Assembly: GCA_002633005.1 (NCBI GenBank)
Contig: NMRA01000498.1
Coordinates: 113,772-177,771, forward strand
DNA from: Phoronis australis
Taxonomy: Eukaryota > Animalia > Phoronida
Length of the DNA: 64,000 nucleotides
Reading direction: 5' to 3'
The position numbers were made by a program, and so were the translations under genes. Below the pieces are notes generated by a model, which searched no databases, had not been told where the DNA came from, and saw nothing but the letters and a program-made list of their open reading frames with translations. Below are positions 50,701 to 60,700 of the stretch, in pieces; positions within the stretch are counted from its first letter, which is position 1, and each line of letters starts with the position of its first letter.

Positions 50701-53700
50701 AGTGCAGAATAAAATCAGTTGCCATTTAGTCAGCACAACGACAGGACTTGTTATTTAGACAGGTTCACTGCTGAACTGTCTAGTTATCACCACTTTGTAT
50801 CTACCGACACTGCGAGGCAACTCACATGGCGAACCCCTATACTACATAGCCAGAATTTCCCCACAGTCATCTCAGCAGTAAATCTCAAATATCACGAGAA
50901 TGGCAAGCAAGAAATGGGTTTCACAATTCTGATAAAGCTTGAAAAATCTGTCCGCACACAAAATTTCAGACATATCCGTCAAGGGACACCCAAGATAGGC
51001 AAAAAATCAGTTATTTGGAGGCCAGTCGACAGAAAATCCTGGTAACTGCAGTCAACAGAAAGTGAACACCGGGTCTGCAAAACTGGTGTGTTGAATAAGT
51101 GCCAATAAGCACCGGTTTGAAATAAGTGCTTGGTCAAAAATGTCTTGAAAAATAAGCGCCTGGGTGCTAATACACCATATTATGGTGTAGCAGAAAGTTT
51201 CTTGTCAAACTTCTTCAGTCAGTTAAAGGACCAAGTATGACAGACAAGTACACTTCCTATAAATACAGGATATCTAAAGAAAAATTATTTAAAGAAAATG
51301 TTATTTAGTAGTTAGGATGGATTGTAAAGTGCAGTTGTCACCAAACAACATTTGGGAAAATTTTGCTAATATGCTAGTAATGTAACAGGCCTAAACAGTT
51401 GAAAAATAGAAAACTAAATTTTACAGAAAAAATAATCAAATCCATTAATACCATATTTTTACTGAACATGCAGTGTGGAATGAATAGATTCTTAAACAGT
51501 GCAACACTTACTGTTTAGCAGCAACCAGGGCCGGCTGTCCAGCTGCTATGAAGCTCAGCATGTTGGATGGAATATTAGGGTCACCGGCAGTGAGATCCAC
51601 CACATCTCCGCCATCTGAAAGTTCCACCCCAATGCCACGGCGATCACCCTCAGCAAACTGGACAAATCTGTGAACATACATGTACAACAGTAAAATGTGT
51701 CATTTATCGTCTCGTTGGAAAAAGACAGTAGCAGATATTACATATCCAGGGCTGTAGTCACAAGATCGCAAGACATTTAAGATTACACTTACAGTGATCA
51801 GTATAACAGTAAAGACCCTCCATGTTGCTAGTTGATTATTATTCCCAGTTTAGGGAAGTTGCCTTGCCAGACAACACTGAGTTGGGTGAAGTATAAAATT
51901 CATCTTTGCGCATCACGGGATTCCAGATCTTCTAGTTTTGGACAATTGACCGCAGTGTGCGAGCAGGCCTCTCGTGCTTTTTCTAAAGAAGAAGTTTTGA
52001 AAAGGCAATCCTTTATAAATTACTATTACTGTTTTTTACTCAGAGTTTCACTAATGTGCCACACGGTATCTTCAATGTACCAGCCAATTTTGGGGTTTTC
52101 TGACACACGCGTGATCATTGTAGTTATCATTCCTGCCAAGAGGTGTTGCAGTTTTATAATGGCGGTCACTCATCTCCGCTACTATTGGACTCCTTACCCG
52201 TATGTCGGATACTTTTACCACTCTTCACCCTCTGACATTTCCACACCACATGGCCAAACACCCCCCACACAAAACACCTTAGACTCGGACCTCCTTCCCT
52301 TACATTTCTTGACCTGTTTACAGGTTTCCACCAGCATTCAACAGCCTTATGACCTACTCTACTACATATCTGGCACTGAGCATCCTTGGAACCCCTTTTG
52401 CATGATTCTGACTACAATCCCGACTGAAATGCCCCAACTGCCCACAAGTATAACAACCCTCACTAGTTCCAGATCTAGTACAAGAATTTATCTTCTGCTT
52501 CAATTCCTCCAACTGCCTCAAAATTCTTTCCATAACCTCCTCACTATCACCCCCATGAACCTCTTTTTGAACCTTTTGAACTTTTGATGCATTACCCACC
52601 AGATGAGGTCAATTTTTACCAAAGATTGCTCTTTTTACCTGCGTTTGCATTTGCAACTTCAAAACTGCCTGTTCTAACGTACTTGGCTGCATCATAGCAA
52701 CATTAACCCGTCTCCATATCCCTCGATCCATAGCACAACCTCAAAACTGCCTGCCTCATCATGTATTCCTCAGGAACCCCCTTAAACGCCTTACGTGGGG
52801 GTACAGGTAAGCGGAGTGATAGGATCAGACAAGGTCAGAAGGTCAGCGGTAGGGGTAAGAGATGTTGGGAGTGTCATATAATGGAAAGTCTAGTTGGTCG
52901 GCATTCCATATCAAATTTAATAGGTATGCTGTGGGGCAGGGATGGTCGGATAGAGAGTGTCTGGATAACTTGATTTTTTGTTTGGAGGGGGCAGCGGGGG
53001 AGTTTTTGACGATGTATTTAGAACGGAATGGAGAAAGCACGTATTTTGAGGCTTGCAATCAATTAGAGAAGACATTTAACTCGCTGGGGTCACCGGAGAT
53101 AGTTCAGTTAGAGTTCATGGGGTTAGTGCAGACTAAGGAGTCTGTTCATGATTGGGGAGCCGGAGGAGCTGGAGATGGCATAAAGGTTGGTGCTGAGGTT
53201 CAGGACGTTAGCATTGGAGAACTCCAGTTTGACTACCCACCATATACATACCCATCTGTTCGCACCCAGCCTAAAATGTAGGATGCAGGGGTCTCGAATT
53301 TTTGGGTTTGCGGAACTTTTGACAGCAATTCGCACCAGAACTGCCNCCCCCCCTCCTAAATTCGTCACTGGATCTAAAAACTACAACCATTGGGTACGAT
53401 TGAAGATAAACTACCATGCGTATTGGTATACTTGGTGGATATACAAACGCTGATCAATCAGAGTTAAAAATATCACATGGATTCATTTTTTAATATTCTT
53501 TCAATCTCGTTTAACCAGATTTTTGACCAGGAAACAGTTGTGCCCACTTTTCGTTAGTTATATAGTCAGTGCCACCGAAATTGTCCAGAGATTCTAAATC
53601 TTCAGTTTGGTTATCACCATATTTGCACTTTTGTATATATTTTATGATTTGAGTTCTAATAAAGATTAAACTTTAATGATACCTGAAATGTTTAGTGTAC

Positions 53701-54513
53701 CTGTAATGTGGTAAGTTTAGGGATGAGCTCGCAACGATCAAAATCTATCACTGTTTTGGTACTTCAAGTTCAAAACTTAGATAAAAAGTTATCAACCCGT
53801 TCCCGGCAAGAAAAAAAACAAGTGGGCAGAAGCATTAAAAATTAAATAAAGAAAACCAATGTGAAACTTATCGTTCTTGGGAAGTGGCCCTTTGTGAAGA
53901 TAAACACAAGTTAACCTTTTTAGTCATTTAGTAATATTTATAATGTACCAAGTTAAAACCACTCTCCAGAGTTGCAGGCTATAACTTTGCAAATGTCAAT
54001 ACTAACAACAACCATTGTTGAGGCAGTAATGCTAGCAATTACCTTTCCACTTCATTAGCTCAGATCTACTTCAATACAAAGGGCGTGCTGAATAGGCATC
54101 GAATCAGAGCGGTCACCAGTGTAAGCGAGAAATTCTCCACATGTTATGCTGCCTTTCATTTCATTATATGAACAGTGACCTAGATAATATGTAACCGACC
54201 TGTGCCTAATAACGGCTAATTAGAAACCGTTGAAGTCATGTGAACAGTTATGTAAAATAGGCCTGCTTAGTAACTTATTTACAGACTGGTTACTTGTCTG
54301 CGGGCTATGGTGTAACGGCAGAGTAAGCGATCCCTTGCTGAATTTTCTAAAATTCTTGGGCGCAAAATAGATCACAAACAGAACTTGCCTCATTTTGTGA
54401 AAAAGCCGCTTTTCACAGTATTTGTACAAATCAGCAGGTACTTGCACAACTCCTCTTCTTGACCTCTTGGTTCGTGTGGAGATAAGCCTTGCAAACGAAC
54501 GTCCCCTCCACAT
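44703..54513 (-). CDS. FAHD2A: Fumarylacetoacetate hydrolase domain-containing protein 2
   Basis: Exons 54513-54389 (GC donor), 51667-51512, 48378-48162, 47207-46876, 45962-45875 and 44765-44703, with consistent phases. Motifs: [78 protein letters not shown]. The N-terminal extension is Arg-rich. Confidence 0.95.
47897..47972 (-). mobile_element. tRNA-derived SINE head
   Basis: Minus strand reads GGCAGTGTGGCCTAGTG (A-box) ... GTGGGTTTGAGTCCCAC (B-box/T-arm hairpin). No proper anticodon arm or acceptor stem. Confidence 0.55.
49368..50214. repeat. 370-bp near-identical duplication next to an N (likely assembly or haplotype artefact)
   Basis: 49368-49737 matches 49845-50214 (offset 477, ~1 mismatch). 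The second copy begins immediately after the N at 49844. Confidence 0.85.
50396..50836 (+). mobile_element. Putative LTR followed by a PBS-like TGG
   Basis: Begins TGTCACGG, contains TATAAAT and AATAAA, and ends ...CTCACA followed directly by TGGCGAACCC. No TSD or second LTR seen. Confidence 0.45.
52280..52800 (-). mobile_element. Ty3/gypsy gag C-terminal fragment with zinc knuckle
   Basis: [14 protein letters not shown] (CX2CX4HX4C) in ORF 52354..52599, preceded by a coiled-coil-like stretch. Confidence 0.75.
52830..53281 (+). mobile_element. Ty3/gypsy gag N-terminal (capsid) fragment, opposite orientation
   Basis: [18 protein letters not shown]...[22 protein letters not shown] matches the YDG..W..F..F...A...W....L...L.G.A gag pattern. 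Confidence 0.75.
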
Positions 54514-54767
54514 CTGCTAAACATGACCAATGTGACTACATTTGATCGACTTCGCCGGCCCTGTCGATCAATCGGCTAAGGATTCTGATTGGTTGTCGAT
54601 ATCAACTTTCGGATACAGACCAATAAGATTTCTTAAACTATTGACTGGTTTAAACAAGCGAAGTGAATAAAATGCCACACAACTGTGTTATTGTACGGAA
54701 GTCATGTGACTATCGTTACAACGACTAATCGGAACGTGAGGTGAGATCATGTGCTATTTTGTCCAAA
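54514..54767. promoter_or_regulatory. Bidirectional promoter between FAHD2A and the aminopeptidase
   Basis: Only 254 bp separate the divergent ATGs. Contains opposed CCAAT boxes (gattgg ~54587, ccaat ~54620), CGGAAGTCATGTGAC (ETS plus E-box, 54696-54710) and a YY1-like AAAATGGCG at the + strand ATG. Confidence 0.65.
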
Positions 54768-57700
54768 ATGGCGAGGTAAGGAGTTGTGCAAATTCGGACT
54801 GGTATGCTTTGCTCGGTTGTATTTTTCGATATTTTTGTTCTCGGTGTCTCCAAAAATGAGAGCACTACTCCGAAAAAGTTCAGTGGTCTCTAGACTGTGT
54901 TTTGTGTCTTTATGTGATGGAATAAGACTATGTAAGCAGGTAAAACCATGTCACCCGGTCGGAAATCAGTTAAGCCTAGGGCTAAAAAGTAGCAACTACC
55001 TGGCTACTAACGTGCCACGGGTGACGGTCAGGTAAGAGGCTAGACAATGACCACTGTCTCTAGCTGGTCCCAGTAGAGATGCCAGAAACTGATTAAAACA
55101 TCAAAGTCACTTTTACTATCTTTTGCGCATTCCTTGCAACTCGAACAAATAGGCCTACTCAAACTTTTTCTTCCGGGAATCCTTCATTCAATTGCCCAAA
55201 TCGGCAACTGGCCAGTTTCAACAGTGCACACAATCTTGGCGGGCTTCCTGTAGTTGCTTCACCATCTCTATTGGGGCCAGCTAGAGACAGTGGTAGTGTC
55301 TAGCAAGAGGCCTACATCGCAACATGGGAGGCGTACAGGCGATGGCTATCTTATGAGCCTTGCTCAACCATTACCTTTTTATTGATAAAATGAAGCATAG
55401 TAAAAAGTATGCTTGTGAAACAGTAGCTATTTGTTTTATGCATGACTACAACTGAGCGTTGAGATTTTCACTGCCTTAGCAAACCCAAGAATTGTTATGA
55501 GGACAGATTCTTCCGTTCTATGATCACTTAAGACAGTACCACTTTCTCAACTGGCTCCATACAGTATAGAGATGATGGCCATCTCATAGGCCCTCCAATT
55601 ACACTGAAAGCTTTCGGCGAATTATGCCTCACATTGATTAAGCCATCAAAGTCATGTTCCTATATGCACCTTTTTGCTCATAGAAGTACTCTTTAGGAAG
55701 CCGTTGATGTCTTTAACTCTTCCCAGCTTGAACAAATACCTCGTAATCAAAACTTTTTTCGACCAGTCCTTCATTCAGTTGCCCAAATCGGTAACTGGCC
55801 ATATTTATCCTGCTTGTGTCAGGGGATAATGATGTCATATCCTTCGTAATTTAAGCTGATAACACTAAGAAATTGCCTATCAATATATTAAGATCTTTGT
55901 TTTCACGTTTTCAAATAGGTGAACAGGATGACAGTGTCTACGTTCATTGTCTCTGCATCATGGCTACTTTGTATTATTTGTTGGATTCAAACTGTTCAAA
56001 TTTTGGAAAAAACGATTGTTACCTATTGGCGAGTGGGTTATATTTGAGAACATAGTTTTCGGGGCCCATCTTGAGTTCTTTGTCAGGCACTGGCAGGATC
56101 TCCGTGTTACGTGGTCACCTTTGGGTGGTGCCTGGCAGTCGTCAAACTCCAACTGGTGTAACAGTGGCATGATATAAGGTAATTGTGGAAACGCACATTT
56201 TAAAATGTGCCGATTATTGACGATGAAATCGACACATTTCGTTTCATGACAGATAACCCGTGGAAACTTCCTAATCATTCGCGGCCTGAACCTGCATCAC
56301 CGGCGATTGCTTTCCATCGCTAGGCAGAATAACCGGTGCGCAAACCTCAAATCAGTCCTCCGCCAACCTGGGGAATAACTGGACTGCATCATGACGTACC
56401 TGCGGTCAAGTCTACCGAAGAGCCGAGTCGGGGCAGACCATCACCTGAAGACGTGGTGTAAGACGTGCTTCAGATACACATGCAGGGTTAGTCACTGCTG
56501 TGGGGGCCCAAACGATTAGCACACAACCAAGTCCCCAGATCACCAGCTGAAGACCTGGCGTATGCTCCATGATAATCTATTTCGTCCACAGTGATCAAGT
56601 CGACCTCGGGGCTCTGTGCTGGTTGGCGTGAAGAGGTGTGCAGTCCCTCATGACCCTTGCAGATCCGGCTCTGGGTATCTGCGAAAATTTCCAAGTCCGC
56701 AGGAATGTGTCTTGTACCGGCCATTTGTGTCGCTTTCAGAAACGTTGCGGGTTGCGATTCTGAAGTGCCGCTATAGTCGTCTCCCAGGATGGCATCTGAA
56801 GCGGTCTACATTTGTCTAGATCGGCTCACGCTGTGACCGCCGTACTAGCGGCAGTTGGGAACTACATTGTCACGTATCCATTACAGTCGGGTTGGCGGAG
56901 GCCCGACTGGGAAGTTAGCGCACCCGTTGTCCCACTGCCGGAAAGTGCTGATCCAGCTGGTGATCGTAGGGTGACAATCAGGAAGTTTCTGTGGGTTTTT
57001 TATTGTGAAACAAAATGTGCGGATTACATCGTCAATAATCGACACATTTTAAAATGCGCATTTTCACTTTACCCTATATCGTGCCATATATCAACTGGTG
57101 GCTGTCACTTGAGAGGAGGCACTGTGTTTACGAATTACTTGCCATTGGCCAGCACTTCCTCTCAAGTGACATCCAGCAGGTGGTGTTTGACTACCTCCAA
57201 GCACCTCCCAGTGAGTTATTGTTCAATGATGCCCTTGTGCCCTTGTTGTCAAAATCCATCTAATTAAACTTTGAATCGCACACTATGTAAAATTGTAGTG
57301 TCCCTTCTGCAGCTCAGAAGGCAATTAGAATAGTTTGTTAAAATATTGAATTTGCTTCAGCAGGTCAAAAAGGAAAATAAAAATAAAAATGAAATAACAA
57401 GATTGTTAATCCATAACTAACACCCATGCCAACCGCAGCAACAATCGTAGAAAACCAAACGGTCTTAACTTTCATGATTTGATTTTTGTACTGGTGCAAA
57501 ATTGAAAAAAAATTCTGCGCACAAGATTGGGTAAAAAAGGATGCCCAAAGTAATAGCTGTATTACCAATTAAGCACTCTTTCTAATACCTTTAAATTCCA
57601 TTGTCTGTTCCATGCCATGGAATAGTAGTTAATGAAGGGCATTTCATTTATAGGTTACCATGCCAGTTAGACAGTTGCCTGGATGTGACGAGTTCTGACT

Positions 57701-60700
57701 ATGACTGTGTCGTCTTGGTAACTGAAAAAGTTGACGAACTTACTGGTAAACCCGATTGCTTAAAGCAGCCACTGCTGGAGTTACAGAAGGTATGAATTCT
57801 TTTTTCTGACAGTCTTTTTAGGCATGAGTGTTGTACCAACATTAAGCCTCATCTCATGCTGTGTAATTGTCTTGAATGACTGCATCCTGGCAGTTTTCTT
57901 CCAAATACTGATAAGGCAGTGTCGATGCAAATTACAAATTCAGGTCGTTAAACACTTGGCCCGCTTCATAGTACCTTGTTCTTCATCAAGAGATTTGTAC
58001 AAGAACGGCTGTCGTCATGAGGCATGTTTATCAGGAAAATTAATGGATCTAAAGTCCTATTGATAGGTGTGGAGTAGATTAGTAACTGCCTTAGCTGTGG
58101 CTTCATGACAGTAAAAAACTGTGGCTTAGATAAACTGATACGGTGGACTAATACTGGTGATTTTTAGACCTGCTTGGTCTCAGAAATTAACTTCCTCATA
58201 AAAACTTAGGTTAGGATCATTTTTACCCAAAAAATACAATAAAAATTTTGCCAAAATGGACACTGTAGGTTTTGGTTCTCTGGTACCCATTATAAATCTT
58301 TGAACCTTTTTTGTATTTGGTTTGCTATTTGTATTTTCATGTTGGTTTCGTTAACACCAAGACCTAATTGTTGCTAGTTCTGTGATTGTCTGGTCTTTCT
58401 TGGTGTTACCTAATAGTGTCTTGACATGTCTTTGTTTTCTATGGTGTCAAAAAAGTTTCTAATCTCTTGAAATACAGGTTTTCAAACAAGTTCTTATAGG
58501 AGCTTATAATTTCTTCTTAACAATATAAATTATTTGTTATTTGCAGATAGATGGCGCTGTTGGTAAAAGTGTTGTACTCCTAGCTACAGATGCAGTTCCC
58601 TCAAAGCGACTTGTAAGTGCTGCAAGAATTAATTTTGGTTTAATTTGCTTTTTCTTTGAATAGCAACTGAGATATTGCCAGCCATTTTCTGCGAGAGGAG
58701 TAGTGAAAAGAAGCAGGCTTCATCGCCTGATAGGGATAGAATACTTTTTGGCTTATGATCAGTGCCACCTGCAGTTCAATCTTTTGATTTGGGCAGAGGT
58801 TTAAAGCAATGAGATGTCAGGTGTTTTGATGCTTTGCACTGTCAAATGCTCATACTAGACACGCAAAAAGTCCAACATTGCAAACTGTTGGTGAACCAGA
58901 TAAATTGCTGCAGCAATTTTTTTAGTCTTTGTTAACTTGCCCCCTCTTGCTCGCCAGAATTTGAAATTGGTTCAAGTGAAAAACTGCTGCTTTATGCTCT
59001 CATAATTTGAAAGAGTTGTATGTCGGATGTATCCAGTAATCAGTCTCAGATTGCCTAGCAACCATAAATTGTAATCCTATTACTATGACGTCACGCTTTT
59101 TCAGTTGTTCTCATGAGGCCAGCATTTTTGATAAGATTAAGCTGAATGATTCCCTACCTTCCATAACGAAATATTAAGAGTTCATTCAAACACAAAGTAA
59201 AATCTATCTGACTGTCAGTTTGGGCTGACCAAACTCAAGTACAACGTTGTTTCTTGCCTGCGATATGTGTTCTAATTATGGGTTATGGTGAAGCCCGTTT
59301 AATGTCATACCATTATTGGAGAAGTAGATTAAGCAGGTTCTGACTTGACAGTGACTGTAAACGTTCTTATAAGCTGATCTTGCTAAGTGGAGTGTGCAGA
59401 ATATGATGGCTAAACAGGAAACTACAACTGATTTTCATCCAAGTGCCAAGTTCCACTTATAGGGACCCTTGTTTTGGTGATTTCACCCAATCGTCGTTGC
59501 ATGACTTACTAATGCATCTCTGGTGTGATAAAAGCAAGATTCTAATTAAAAGTTCATACTCTCTGAGTCAAAAATTGGATATTATGGTTCTTTGTGGGTG
59601 ATCTTTCCCTTCAGTTGTTGTAACTTGCCTAAAGTGTAGGTCATGCTTGTCCATTTAGCAAATCTAAGAGGTTTTCAAATCATGCTTCAAAGTTTTAAGG
59701 GTTGTCGATAGTCACAGAGCATTATTTTGTTTCAGAGAACTAGATGGGAAAGTCGTTTTCAATATCTGTTAATAGGCCAAAACCGGCAAATGAATTGGAG
59801 ATGATTTAAGTTAAACTTAGTTTTTAGATAAAACAGCGAAGGTATATATGTGCTAGTAAGCGGGGTGAGATTCAGTTTTGCTGATCTTTGAATGACGGAA
59901 ACTGAAAAATATTGACATGCGGGTTCTTCTGAACAAGCTTAATGAAATATGATTCAGTTATATGACATATCATGACAGTAACCAGGATATTCCATTATCC
60001 AGTGGGCTCCACTGTTCTTCACTAATTTTGCAGATCTCTCTCTTCTTTGTATTATTCAACATGAAGTTGATGCTTTTCATTTTAGGTGTTCTCGCCTACG
60101 GGACCATTAAACCGTGACTATGACGACGTGAGGAGATTTGCTGAGGCTGCCAGTGCTGGAGTGAAAAGGTACTCTGCTCAAACTGTGCTGTTAAAGTTAC
60201 ATTTTTAAACTGTTTAGCAGGCTACAAAACAATAATATCAAATTACACCTCTTATTTTGGTTTCAAATACTCTTTTACTGTTTGCGGTGCTCTTGATATT
60301 TGAAGATAACCAGTTTAAAAGGTATATTTTGAAACATGAAAAGAAAAAGGCTGACAATTACCTTAATCATTGTTGTGTTGGTACAAAGCAAAGTTTGGCT
60401 GTCACAGGAGTTAGTAAAAAGAGAAATGTTCACATCATAAAGAAGGCTGTGTTTTATAGTATTTAAAAAACAAATTACTACAAGTAGAGCATTTGAAGAT
60501 CATTGACTATCAAACTATAACTTACTTTGAAAAAGTTATAGAAACAAACTTCAAACAAGCAATGTGTTCTTTCTTGTATTTCAGGGCTGTTGACGCAGGA
60601 AGTAAAAAGCCCTTGTTGCTGACAATGCCTCATGCCAGCTACAAAAATGCCCAGAAGGTGGCAGCACTTGGTGCCTTGCAGACCCTCTATGTGGTATGAT

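Noticed and set aside
51832-52587. 251-aa plus-strand ORF
   Set aside because: Largely the antisense of the gypsy gag fragment, with a non-ATG start and no motifs.
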